This document shows positions 1-12,960 of a stretch of 64,000 bases of DNA, piece after piece (position 1 is the stretch's first letter; each line of letters opens with the position of its first letter). The notes beneath the pieces are model-generated. The model did not search any database. It had not been told where the DNA came from and worked only from the letters and a program-made list of their open reading frames with translations. Position numbers and translations under genes: made by a program. This DNA is from Takakia lepidozioides (lineage: Eukaryota; Plantae; Bryophyta), in NCBI GenBank assembly GCA_030704615.1, contig CM060731.1:20522001-20586000 (forward strand), in the 5' to 3' direction.

Positions 1-3000
1 CTGCCAGCTGCAGCATGGATGTTTGATATAGCACCACATAAGTCGTGGCATCCTGTTCATCCCACTTGAGGATAGATGTTGCCACATATTGAGCCATCTC
101 CACATTGCCATGGATTCTGCAGGCACCAAGCAAGGCCTTGCACACCACAACATCTGGATTGATTGGCATTTTATTAATCAGGTCCACTGCCTCATCCAGT
201 TGTCCCGCATGTCCGAGAAGGTCCACCATGCAGCCAGAGTGCTTTACTGTCAGATTGATACCATGATCTTCACTCAGGGAATCGAAGTAGCATCTTCTTT
301 CATTCAATAGGTCAGTGTGGCTGCAGGCCGAGAGAACACATATAAAGGTGATACTGTTTGTGTTGGGCGTTAGACCCTTTATTTTGCATTTGTTCATACA
401 TCTCAACAGCCTCCCTGCCATACTCATGCGGAGCATATGCTACAATCATGGTCCTCCATGAAACCACATCATGTTGTGTCATATTGTCACCTGCCAAATG
501 CGGCGTAGATGTTGGATAGCAGCACATAAGCTGCATGGTGGTTGGGATCGCACTTGAGAAGAGATTTGCTGCATGTTTGCTACCTCCACATCCCCATGAA
601 TTCAAGCAGCAGCAAGCAAGGTCCCCCAAACTAGAGCATTTGGTTCAATTGGCATTTTGTTGATGAACTCTTCTGCCTCATCTCATCGGCCTACACGGCC
701 AAGAAGGTCCACAATGCAGCAAAAATGCTCCACTGTAGGAGTGAGGCCGTGATCTCTACTCATGGAACCAAATAAGTGGTGGCCTTCATCCACCAGGCCT
801 ACATGCCTACAAGCAGAGAGAAGAGAAATGAAGGTGATACCATCTGGCTTCAAGCCTTCCTGCTGCATCTGTTCAAATAGTTGGAAGGCCTCTGTACTAC
901 ACCCATGCTGAGCATATCCTGCAATTATGGCATTCCATGCTTGCTGAACCATATTTTCAAACACTTGACGTGCATCGTGAACACTCCCACATTTGGCATA
1001 CATGTTAACAAGGACATTATCCAAGTTAATATATGACACAACCCCAGCTTTGTTAATATCAGCATGGACCTGCGTGCCCTTTTCCAGGGCCCCTAGACTG
1101 GCACATGCATTGACAACGGAAACGAACGTGACCCTGTTCGGTGTCATCGCGTCCAGTTCCATTTGCTTGTATCTTGAAAGCCTCTTCAGCATAGCCATGC
1201 TCAGCATATCCTGTAATCATGGCATTCCATCTCGATCAGGCATTATGTCGAAAACATGACGTGCATCTTTTCCGCTCCCACATTTGGCGTCAAGAAGGTT
1301 GTTCTCCACTTTAATATCTTGCAATCATTGCACTCCATGAGGGCTTCACCACTTCCCCCATCAATTTGTTCATAGGTCTCCAAAGCCTCCATCCCGTGCC
1401 CCTGCTGTGCATACCCTGCAAGCATAGCGTTCCACGACACCACATTTCTTTCAACCACAGTGTTGAAAACTCCCTTCGCATCCTCGATCCACCCACATTT
1501 GGCATATGTCCATCAGGGCAGTGTTTCAGGATGAATGTGCTGCAATTCCAGCATTGACGATGTCATCACGGACCTCTTTCCCATTTTCCAGGGCTCCCAG
1601 GTTTGCACACACATTGCAACCTTGGTACAATTCGAGCTTTGATGATGTCACCATGCACCCTTTGCCCTTTTCCAGGGCTGCCAGGCTTGCACAAGCATTG
1701 CAAACGCACACAAACGTGATGTGGTCGCACTTCACCCCTTACCCATCATTTGCTCATAGGTCTCCAAGGCCTCCATCCCGCGCCCCTGCTGTGCATATCC
1801 TGCAAGCATGGCATTCCATGACACCAAATATCGTTCAGCCATACTGTTGAACACTTCATCCGCATCTTTAATGCACCCACATTTGGCATACATGTCCACG
1901 AGGGTATTGTTCAGAATCACATCTGGTACAATTCCAGCTTTGGCGATGCAACCATGCATCTCTTTGCCCTTTTCCAGGGCTGCCAGGCTTGCACACAAAC
2001 TGCAAACGCACACAAACGTGATGTGGCTTCACCCCTTCCCCCATCATTTGCTCATAGGTCTCCAAAGTCTCCATCCCACGCCCCTGCTATGCATACCCCT
2101 GCAAGCATCGCATTCCACGGCACCACATCTCGTTCAGCCATGGTGTTGAAATTAACTCCCTTCGTATCCTTAATGCACCCACATTTGGCATACATGTCCA
2201 CCAGGGCAGTGTTCAGGATGACATCAAGTACAATTCCAGCTTTGGCGATGTCACCACGGACCTCTTTCCCTTTTTCTAGAGCTCCCAGGCTTGCACGCGC
2301 ATTGCAAACACAAACAAATGTGATGTGGTTGGGCTTCGCCCCTTCGCACAACATTTGCTCCTAGGTCTCCAAAGCCTCCACAGAGAGCCTGAGAGCGCAA
2401 AACAGGCTGAAATAGGTCGACAAAAAAGGTGCCCTCACCACATTGTCCTTGCTTTTCCAGGACTCCCAGGTTTTCATACGCATTACAAACACAAACAAAT
2501 GTGATGTGGTTGGGCTTCACCCCTTCGCGCAGCATTTGCTCATACATTTTGAATGCCTCTGTACCAGATCCATGTTGAGCATATCCTGCAATCATTGCAC
2601 TCCATGAGGGCTTCACCACTTCCCCCATCATTTGTTCATAGGTCTCCAAAGCCTCCATCCCGTGCCCCTGCTGTGCATACCCTGCAAGCATCGCGTTCCA
2701 CGACACCACATTTCTTTCAACCACAGTGTTGAAAACTCCCTTTGCATCCTCGATCCACCCACATTTGGCATATGTCCACCAGGGCAGTGTTCAGGATGAA
2801 TCTGGTGCAATTCCAGCTTTGATGATGTCACCATGGACCTCTTTCCCATTTTCCAGGGCTCCCAGGCTTGCACACACATTGCAACCTTGGTACAATTCCA
2901 GCTTTGATGATGTCACCATACACCCCTTTTCCCTTTTCCAGGGCTGCCAGGCTTGCACAAGCATTGCAAACGCTCACAAACGTGATGTGGTTGCATTTCA

Positions 3001-4232
3001 CCCCTTCCCCCATCATTTGCTCATAGGTATGATCCAAGGCCTCCATCCCGCGCCCCTGCTGTGCATACCCTGCAAGCATGGCGTTCCATGACACCAAATC
3101 TCGTTCAGCCATATTGTTGAACACTCCCTCCGCATCCTCAATGCTCCCACATTTGGCATACATATCCACGAGGGTATTGTTCAGAATCACATCTATACAA
3201 TTCCAGCTTTGGCAATGCAACCATGCACCTCTTTACCCTTTTCTAGGGCTGCCAGGCTTGCACACGCACTGCAAACGCACACAAACGTGATGTGGTCACG
3301 CTTCATCCCTTCCCCCATCATTTGTTCATAGGTCTCCAAGTCCTCCATCCCACGCCCTGCTGTGCATATCCTGCAAGCACCACGTTCCATGACAATAAAT
3401 CTCGTTCAGCCGTATTGTTGAACACTCCCTCTGCATCCACAATGCTTCCACATTTTGCATACATGTCCACCAGGGCAGTGTTCAGGATCACACTTGGTAT
3501 AGTTCCATCTTTGGCGATGCAACCATACACCTCTTTGCCCTTTTCCAGGGCTGCCAGGCTTGCACACGCATTGCAAACGCACACAAACGTGATGTGGTCG
3601 GGCTTCACCCCTTCGCACATCATTTGCTCATAGGTCTCCAAAGCCTCCATCCCACGCCCCTGTTGTGCATACCCTGCAAGCATCGCGTTCCACGACACCA
3701 CATCTTGTTTAGCCATTTGAAAACTCCCTTCGCATCCTTCATGCACCCACATTTGGCATACATGTCCACCAGGGCAGTGTTCAGGATGACATCTGGTACA
3801 AATCCAGCTTTGACGATGTCACCATGGACCTCTTTCCCCTTTTCTAGAGCTCCTAGGCTTGCACACGCATTGCAAACACAAACAAATGTGTTGCGGTTGG
3901 GCTTCACCCCTTCGCACATCAATTGCTCGTAGGTCTCCAAAGCCTCCATCCCGCATACTTGCTGTGCGTATCCTGCAATTGTCGCACTCCACGACACCAC
4001 ATCTCATTCAGCCATAGTGTCGAACACTCCCTTTCCAACCTCGATGCACTCACATTTGACATACATGTCTAGCAGGGCAGTGTTCAAAATGACATCGGGT
4101 ACAATTCCAGATTTGACGATGTCACCATGCACCTCTTTGCACCTTTCCAGGGCTGCCAGGCTTGCACACGCATTGCCAATGTAAACAAACTTTATGCGGT
4201 TGGGCTTCACCCCTTCGCACATCATTTGCTCA
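1..4232 (-). pseudogene. Degenerate PLS-class PPR array with E-domain remnants (RNA-editing-factor family)
   Basis: Repeated P/L/S motifs (SWNAMLAGYAQQG..EALETYEQM..EGVKP.HITFVCVCNACASL.ALEKGKEVHG.I.KAGIVPDVILNTALVDMYAKCG). E-domain starts at ~750-650 (HFCCIVDLLGRVGR*) and ~310-1 (GCMVDLLGHAGQLDEAVDLINKMP..ALLGACRIHGNVE). Many frameshifts, stops and internal deletions; no introns. Confidence 0.92.
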
Positions 4233-4409
4233 GAGGAAGTGCTGATGTAAAGATGTGAAGACCCAGTTGCATCTGTCAAAGTCCCTTTGGAGTGAAAGTA
4301 GGTGACCAAAATGATAAAACGGCAGGAGGTCACCTGACCTCACAACAGAGCACAAACTCTTCATAAGTGCGTGCTTGTGTAGCATGACTTCCCTGTTTCA
4401 AGTCCAAGC

Positions 4410-5262
4410 TTATGACTTCCCACAACACCTGCAACAGAACTGCCTCACGGCCAGCTTATTGCCAGGCTACACCATGTTTGATAGTACTACTTGCTTTGCT
4501 TTAAGTTTGAAATTTGACTCATCTAGCCACAAAATCCATCTGTTTAAGTATGAGTGTGCGATAAAGCAGCCAGAAACATTGCTTCTCTCCGCCTTACGAC
4601 ACTCCCATTGGAATGGGGCAGGGAGATGAGAGGAGATGTGAAAAGAGCGAGAACCCACCTCTTGTACTTCTTTCCAGAGCCGCATGGACAAGCAGCATTT
4701 CGACTCAGTTGTCCACTTTTTTCAAGATTCACAGATGCTGCCGCATTCCAGCGACCCCCCATCAACTCTTCCACCTTCACCAACCAACAAATCCATGGTG
4801 TCAACCTCAGGCCAGACCCTTCATCTCCCAGCTATGGCCACCTTATATTCAAGGTATAGGGACAAATATATTTCATCATTCAAGGTATTAAAAGATGGTA
4901 GGAAACAGGCAAACAGTGGAAAGCCATTGGTGGAAAGCCTGATGCCCCTTGCTTACTTTCTGAAGACCTCGTGTCCTCACCTGCAAGCCGGACCGTCCAG
5001 TATGCAGCCCTCTTTAACTGTTTACCACTTCTGAAGGTTGGTGCTCTCATTAAACATTGAAACAGACTTTCCTGTTGTAGCAACCAAATTCAGATGTAAT
5101 GAAAAAGCATACCAAAGGGTCATGTCGGGCTAGGGATCGAAGAATCCGCTCCTGTCTCTCAAGGGATTTTACAGCTGATACTTCACCCCCTCTGGGCAGG
5201 CCACGTCCAAACGTCATTAGACTTCCAAACTGGCGTGCCTTCTTCAACTCATCTGCAAAATT
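4410..5262 (-). pseudogene. 3' fragment of a SEC-C motif protein (Arabidopsis At3g04950-like)
   Basis: Exons read FADELKKARQFG..ERQERILRSLARHDPL (~5262-5113), VEELMGG..NLEKSGQLSRNAACPCGSGKKYKR (~4775-4659) and, across a GT-AG intron, CCGKS* (4428-4410). No 5' exons are present; the fragment abuts CACTA subterminal DNA. Confidence 0.75.
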
Positions 5263-5479
5263 TGTACAACACAAAGAACAAAGAAAGATTCACAAATCGA
5301 GTACATACTTGTACTAAACCGGTTATTGGGCTAATTTCCAACCTTTGACCGTCGTGGCTGCAAACTACAGGATTGGGCTCTCAATCTGGCATCTTCAAGC
5401 ACTCATTGAAAGAAGACATAAAATTTCTTGCTTGTTTGATCACTGTTACTCTTCCCACGAAAGACTTACATTCCCGGCG

Positions 5480-6331
5480 GAAACCATCGGCCAGACCCAT
5501 AGGGGGTCGCTGTGAGTATTTTTGCAAAATATTTTTGGGGTGCTATCAGCGCCTCCTTGGGGTCGGTACATGTCCCTACGCTAATTACCCGACGCTATTT
5601 AACAGCGCCCCCTAGGGAGACTGCTGCTGTTTTTTTTTTTTTTTTTTTTTTTTTCATGTTTGTGTGGGGTGCTACCAGCGACTCCCTGGGCGTCGGTTCG
5701 AGCTCCCAAATATATATTGGGGTGCGCGTGGCGACTACTTAGGGGTCGTAGTCAGCTGTTTAGTTATCTGTTAATAGCGATTGTAGAGAAGTCGGTAGGA
5801 TACCGTCCATTCAGGGGTCGGTTACGGGTTTCCTGCTAAAAAATCAGACTTCAAATTGAAATTAAATAATTAAAAATCAAACTCAGAACTTTAATAATCA
5901 AATTTCCCCGTTAAAGCGACGCCCAGGACAACGGTAGACAATGTATATATTTGGTTGGCCCGAAGGTCGTTTGGGGTGAAAAAACCCTAATCCGACCCCA
6001 GAGGGGTCGGATGGGGACCGTCGCAGGAAGAAACCGACAGGAAGTCAACCCCGTGGTATTAGCGATGCCAGGGGGTCGGTCCCAATGACTTAGTCATTTT
6101 GGGATCCTCATTTTGCAGGGATTTCAATATAGCGACCCCTCAGGGTCGGTATAATACCGACCCCTGAATAGCGACCCTCTTGACGTCACTAATAGCTCGC
6201 CTCCGCACCCCTTGATGGTGAAGCAGGATTACTCTTAGTTCTCTCGCTTGAACTTGACGAATCCGGGGTTGCACGGTGCCGCGCGCGCCCCGGGCCGTGG
6301 GCTTCGTAAACCCCCCCTTTTTGCAGTAGTG
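5480..6331. mobile_element. CACTA (En/Spm) element right end with subterminal repeats
   Basis: Terminus ...TTTTTGCAGTAGTG ends at 6331 (reverse complement CACTACTGCAAAAA). It is preceded by >10 direct/inverted copies of (A/C)(G/C)CGACCCC / GGGGTCG(C/G)T at 5500-6180, several in hairpin pairs. No matching left TIR found in the window. Confidence 0.8.
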
Positions 6332-9075
6332 GTAATGATGATCTCAAGGGGCTACCTACCTTCGACTGAAATTTAAACTGAGGGCGGGAAACCTACATTT
6401 GAACAATAAACAGATGCAGAGAGGGAGAGGTATGTTACACTACTAGTGTGAGCCCCTCACAAAGATAGTATCTGTTCCCTTTTGCTCTGCCCAAATTAGG
6501 CTGGGGTCTATGGCCACAAGGCACATCTTGAAAAATCCGATAGTTCATTATCTATAATAATATCCTAATTTAATTTTCAAATGAAAATGAAAACATAACA
6601 TTTATGTCGATAGAAAATAAATAATCTGTTCTAAGTATCTCCACAGAACTTTATTTTATATTTTAAGGATCAGAGTCATACAATGATTAAGCGAGTCAGC
6701 ATTTAGTAGGTGTTAGTGACCATTCTTATGTTTGAGGGGAATATTTCCTTAAGCCCTTCCTATTTTAGGATACTTCAAACTTTACTTTCAGTATTCAATG
6801 AGAGGAATGTTCTAAAAACTACGGTCATAATTTCCTAGAATACTTCTATGTACTCCCAAACAAAGTCTGCTCACACCAAATAATTTAAAACATTTGATAG
6901 TACTCTCAGGATCCAAATTCTAATTTTCTAAGGCCTCTCATTTTTAAATAATTGGGAGTTTAAGTCTCATGTGTGGGCCAGGCAGACCCGCCTTTCCCCG
7001 CCCTTCGGTCTGCTCGCCACGCCAGTCTGCTCAAGGTCTGCTCTCCGCGCCGCAACCCGCCTTGGGACTTAGAAAATTTTCCGGGAAACTCGCCCACAAA
7101 AAAATCATCATTAATGCATATTCAGCAACAACTAGAGTTAAACCTGCACCCACTTGGACACCACTCTATGCACCTAACCACCACACTACCCACTACTTGC
7201 TACAATATCAACAAACTTTTTATCCCTTATTCTAGAAAACTGCCCGCAGCCGGGGATGGTGGACCCACCTGTGCAGTAGACCATGTGCATCCGTAGACCC
7301 GGGCCGGGTCAGGTGGCGGCAGGGCCACCCGAAACTACCCCCAGCCCGTACTATCCAGGTCCCACGTGAGCCTTAAACTCCCAATTATTCAACAATGATA
7401 AGCTTTTCTAAGGGGCCTGCTTGCAAAGCCCACCAAAGAGAGGCAGAATTGTAAAATCTATACCCCTTACCCTCTATATATACTGTTTTATGGCGGTAGT
7501 GGAGCGCCTCGTCCTCGCCCACTCCTCTGGAATTCTCTAGAAATAGACTGAGGGCCCATCCTCCTACTTCTATGCTGGCCTGGGCGTACATGTGTCCACC
7601 TATCTTGCCACATCCCATGCCGTGCTAAAAAAAAGCTGTTGCATGCACTCCTACCTGCGAGCCCATTGGCCACTCAACCACCTTAGAGTACATGTGTCTA
7701 CCTCCCATCAACCCACCTTTCTTCCTCTCCAAGCCTCCCGCGGTCCCACGCGATTGGCTGTTCCCACAGTGTCCGATTTTTCTTACCTTCCGAAACTGCC
7801 CGACTGAATGGGGGTACGTAGTGCAAATGATAGTTATCATATTTTCTTGGATAAAAAGTGCCTACACTGTCCTACATTAGTTAAATCGAAAAACCGGGTG
7901 TCGGAAAAGCAAAACTCCAGAAATTTGAACCAACAATTATTTTTCTTACCATGCACTGTCTTATCATTTAAACTACCCCATTCTATATACGATGAAGCGT
8001 ATTTAAGAGAATATATATATACATTGTCGGAATTAAAGAAATTAGAAAAAATGCATTTAGGAAAGTTAATTATTCCAGGAGAGGTCCGACGAACAGCATA
8101 GGCACCTATGGTAACCATTTTCCATTCAATTAGAAATGGTTTTATGAGCTTATTAGAAAAATAAATTTTACAAAAATGCTACAATACCAGCCTTCATTGT
8201 ATTTTTATTTTATTATTTTTTATTATTTTTTAAGAAAAAAAGAAATAGACAAATGTTTTTAATATTATTCAAAAGTAAGTAAATAATAATTTACTATATT
8301 CCATGAATAATAGACCCCACACAGCTAGTAACGTTTGTAAAAATGGAATAAAATTAACCCCTAAACGACGACGTGACCCGAATCGGGTCACGTCAGTCGT
8401 TTGCCACGATCCACCTTTTGTGGATGTGAGTGGATGGAAGTGAGTCCCCAAGGTAAAGTGAGGGGTTAGGGAGAAGCACACGTGGGAATTTAAAGCGCCC
8501 TGAAATATTAAAAGCTCTGCTCTTAGAATTTTTCAAAGTGCAAGGGGTCTTGAAATCCAGCGTTGACTTGCCTAAGTGGCAGGCCAAATGAGGAATCTTG
8601 AAAACAACATCTAGGGCTCGAATTTTATTAAAATGCCAAATTTTTCTGACAAGGCACTATGTAACTAATTAGAAAACAGATATCACATCATGGCTGTACT
8701 TGGGTGAGAAGCCAAACCATGATAATTTACCCCCCAGATTTCACATACAAAGCAGCCTATTTGTATTTTTGGAGTTTTGATTTACTTTTTGGGGGAGAGA
8801 GTCCCTTTGATGCCGTATAATCAGATTATGGAGGGTATTTGCCTCAAAAATTTCAACTGGACACTTGAATTTAATGGTCAAACCATTGCCATGCAATTTT
8901 TGAGTGGGCTTCAAAAGTTCACAATAGTATTTTGTCATAATCTACCCATTCCAACGGTGGATCTTCCTGATTTTCTGGGGGTAGATGAATGTGGTAGTCA
9001 TGAATGCATTTGTAAGGTTCAAATTTCTGGATGATTCAGGGTAGCAAGATAAAGCTCAAGAGAGGTAGGTATGTA

Positions 9076-9252
9076 CTAGATAGTGGGCTGGGATTGGCAT
9101 ATTATGCCTCCCAGTCAGCCGTCATTCGAGCCTGGGCCAACGGCTCAATGTGAGGCATAATATGCCAACCCAACCATTATCTGGCGTGAAGGATGTTTGG
9201 CCCGGGCTCGCCTGACAGCTCACTGGGAGGCATAATATGCCAATCCTAGCCC
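9076..9252 (-). repeat. Long imperfect inverted repeat; possible Helitron 3' end (hairpin + CTAG|T)
   Basis: 9085-9140 pairs with ~9197-9252 (about 55-bp arms, few mismatches). The left arm contains its own hairpin CTGGGA-tt-GGCATA-t-TATGCC-TCCCAG. On the minus strand it is followed by CTAG|T at 9079-9075. Confidence 0.5.
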
Positions 9253-10060
9253 TTATTTGGCGTAAAGGATTTTTGGCCCGGGTTATGCGAGGCCTGTGAT
9301 TGGCTGCAGGCCATAATGAGCTGCTAAAGGTCAAACAGCCAATTATGGCAGTCAAATTACCGATTATGAATGCAGAATGTGTCGGCGCCGTGGAACGACC
9401 ATCTTCTGTATTTTAATTTGCCTCAAAAAAGGCATAATCTGCCCCCAATTTGGTTACATACACTTTTGGGTATGGCCCACCAAAAGACGTCTCGTCCTTT
9501 AAGGTTAAGAGCAACCTTCCATATACCCGGCCCACCGTTTAAGGGAGGAAATGGACAAAAATGGCCGGGTATACTTCTCACTTCCATGTATGGAGGCGGC
9601 AGGGCCGGGTGCCCAGTCCCCGGTTTTGTAGCGCCGATAAAATGGGATGGGAGCTTGGCGGACGAGCTTGGCGAATTGATTGCAGTATGTAATTGCCACG
9701 TCACATTAAAGTCTCTCTTTACCTACGTTGTCCTCTACCACCTCACGCTAAAGTAAAAAAGAGCACCCGGTCGTTGAGCTCCACATAGAACTAGAACTGG
9801 CGCTCAACAACCCGGGCTATTTCTCCAAGCCCTCCGCACACTCCTCTTTTTGCGGGCCGGACTGCCGGGTTTCCATGGGCAGCTGCAAAGTGCCCCCATG
9901 AATCGCCCCCGGGATTAACGAGGCGTGAGTGGTTGAAATAGCATATTCCTTAAGGGGCGCCCCCACGGATCCGCCCCTTACTAAGGGGCGCAAAAAAGCC
10001 GTCCCTTCACAAGGGGCAATCGGGTTTCAGGGCGCCCCTAACTGACACCCTTGTCTTTTC

Positions 10061-10496
10061 CAGTGTTGTACTGGTATCAGTTTTAGGACATATTACACTG
10101 GTCCTGATAATCGCAAAACTTTCATACCAGTCTGGTCTATAAATAGATGTATTTTTTTTTCCAGATACTGGTATGAGTATGAGTATCATGACCACAATAC
10201 CAGTTGGTATGAGATATCAATTCTGGTATCATTCCAAAGCCATCATTGAATAAGTTTATCAAATAGCAAGTATCAAGTGAAAAAAAATACAATACAATAA
10301 ATAAATAAATAAATAAAAGTACAAATATGTAGGCATATGTACACATAAAGTATTATAATACACATACCAGAGTAAATGAGGAAGACGCCGGTGGAGTACT
10401 AGTATTGTGGCTAGTGTGAAAAAATTGATACCAGCCTGGTCTATCTAATACCAGTGCATATACATGTGCAATACCCTATATACCGGTACAACACTG
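10061..10496. mobile_element. hAT-family MITE (436 bp)
   Basis: 17-bp TIR CAGTGTTGTACTGGTAT / ATACCGGTACAACACTG (1 mismatch). Perfect 8-bp TSD GTCTTTTC at 10053-10060 and 10497-10504. Internal ATACCAG/CTGGTAT subterminal motifs. Confidence 0.93.
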
Positions 10497-10759
10497 GTCT
10501 TTTCCTACAGCGAGGCCCGCAGGCTTACTGAATACCATTGCTTTCCATCCAAAGTAGGTTAGATTTCAGGAGAGGGAATGATTTTTGACATTTCATCCAA
10601 AACTTATATTAATTATATCATGGGCCCACAGCAATTGGTGCCAAAGATTTCTAAAGGGGGTGAATGGAAATGTGTGAATTAAATATTGATGTATGATATT
10701 ACAAAACTGATCTTCGAATTTACTAGTTATTAAAATATTGAATGCTTGTTGAAATACCC

Positions 10760-10890
10760 ACTGAAATATTAAAATACTTGCTGAAAAACTGGCTGAAAAT
10801 TTAATATACTTGCTGAAAAACTGGCTGAAATACTGAAATACTTGCTGAAAAACTCGCTGAAATACTGCATACTGAATATTGAAATACTGT
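10760..10890. repeat. Minisatellite, 32-bp period, ~3-4 copies
   Basis: ATACTTGCTGAAAAACT(G/C)GCTGAAA at 10774, 10806 and 10838. Confidence 0.8.
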
Positions 10891-11587
10891 ATTCAGTCGT
10901 CATTGTCTATACAAAAAGGTGAAACATTGTTCCTCAACATTCCTCGAAAAAGTACCGAGGTCGGTGGGACAACAAAACATTCATTTATGCACAGCTTGAG
11001 ACATTGGAACTTGGATTCACCTGCAATCTCAACATTGATCTAGTAAGACCAAACAACAGTTGTGAGCTCTCCAAACTCTGCAAGAACAAGTACTGGAGGT
11101 GAAATTTAACAAAGAGGATATAAGTGTGATTATCTAACCGATCAATCGAAGACCTTCAGTTCCAATTTTGACCATGACCATCTACCATCAGTCTTGAGCA
11201 AAATTCATTCATGAACTGGAAAGGCACCAAAGAAAATGAATTTGTGATGGTGTTTTACCTCTAGCCCCAAGCTTTCCTCAGAGGAAAGATGATTGCAACG
11301 GTTCCAAATTTTCCCCCACCAGGAAACTAGGACACCAGGTGCCCTGAACTCAAGTGGTGGGAGGCGATTTCGACTTCTCTGTAGCTTTGTGGAGAGAAAG
11401 AAAGGAGGTCATAACATGCACAGGAGGCCCAAATTCCTATTATATGGAGGAGAACATATGAGAGAAAAATAGCACAACAGACAGGTGTAAAAGTTTAGAG
11501 TAACCAGCAGATGTTGAAAGATGGGAAGCACATGATTAAAGAACAACAATCCTTTATTTAAAAGGAGAGAATGTGGGGTGACAACAC

Positions 11588-11688
11588 CTCATCAAGAACA
11601 TAAATTGTGGCAGAAACGTAGTCAAGTTGGCGAGCCCCATGATTGGACACCATGATGCCTGCAACTCCAGCATGCAATGCGAGTGTCG
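11588..11688 (-). pseudogene. Isolated exon of glycolate oxidase / FMN alpha-hydroxyacid oxidase
   Basis: AG|..[34 protein letters not shown]|GT contains the SNHGxRQLD signature with intact splice sites. At most a degenerate upstream exon remnant (~11790-11830) is present. Confidence 0.85.
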
Positions 11689-12529
11689 CTGCACTCATGC
11701 ACATGTTTCTCATTTCAAACGCAATCAAGAACGAGACTCCAATGCTCATTCCCAAAAATGCACCCAAAATAGCTAATGACCACCATTACAAGGCCTAGCA
11801 TGCCTTAACCAGAACCAATTTTGAAATCATTGAAAAAACAGAATACTCATACGTTGTCTATTGTATGGACCATACTATACGGGACATTCAATATTAGGAT
11901 AAGCAGACCCTCACCGTCTCTGAGGGGATGTTTGGGAATGTGTGATCTCTCTTCTGAACCTCTCAGGCAAGAAAGGATATATGTGCCTGACAAGTGGCAG
12001 TTTGTGAATGGTGCATCAAGCTTCTAGGCTGGACCTAGTTGCTTTAGGTACTTTCAGCACACACTTGCATGTTTTAATCATACAAGATTGGATTGATGTG
12101 GCCTGCATGTGGAACATAGTGGTCTCATTGCCACATTTGCCAGTCAGCCTGAGATAGAAAGCTTTCAGTTGATACCATACCAGAAATTAAGGGGGGTGCC
12201 TTGGCTACAAAAAGATTTTCATGCCTTAAAATGGAGGAACTGTTGGCAACCTTGAAATCTAAAGAGGAACATCAACCATTGGGGACTACATACATAAGAC
12301 CTACCTCGTGCTCCAATCACTCGCAACTTCATGTATTCAGAGAATACCCTGGACAATGTAAAGTAAGATACAAGAGAAGGGGAGAGAATGTACTCATAAG
12401 ACGTAATGAAGGGAAGCTTCAGTAACCTGACAAGTCCAAATTGTTTTTATGATGACAAAAGATGGACACTTGAGAAACAGATGGAAGAGAGAACCGTTGC
12501 AGCACTTACAATGCAGTTAGGGGAGCCAC

Positions 12530-12960
12530 CATGGCTCTCAGCATTGCAAACGCTCACAAACGTGATGTGCTCATGCTTCACCCCTTCCCCCATCATTTGC
12601 TTATAGGTCTCTAAAGCCTCCATCCCGCGCCCCTTCTCTGCATACCCTGCAAGCATCGCACTCCACGACACCACATCTCGTTCAGCCTGCATAGTGTTGA
12701 ACATTCCCTTTGCATCCTCGCTGCACCCACATTTGGCATATATGTCCACCAGGGCAGTGTTCAGAATGACATTTGGTAATCTGACGGGCATTCACCTTTT
12801 TGCCTCGGTTGTGGGGTCAGAAAAGTATTCATTCCACAACTTCTCCTCAATTCTGCTACCTGTTTTTGGATACTTTCTTGTTGTCACATTGGCAGTATCG
12901 TGTCAAGAGACTAGATTCACTCAACCGGCTAACTTGAAGAATTCAACATGGAAATTTAGG
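12530..12960 (-). pseudogene. PPR fragment fused to a fragment of unidentified domain X
   Basis: 12530-12780 encodes PLS motifs (NVILNTALVDIYAKCG..RDVVSWSAMLAGYAEKG). 12781-12960 is clearly homologous at DNA level to 55360-55560, 54240-54450 and 56160-56350. Confidence 0.8.

Noticed and set aside
89-3932. Numerous plus-strand ORFs in the PPR region
   Set aside because: They are antisense shadows of the PPR repeats.
6438-6448. CACTA-C-TAGTG as a minimal CACTA element or excision footprint
   Set aside because: Only 11 bp with no direct TSD; compatible with chance.
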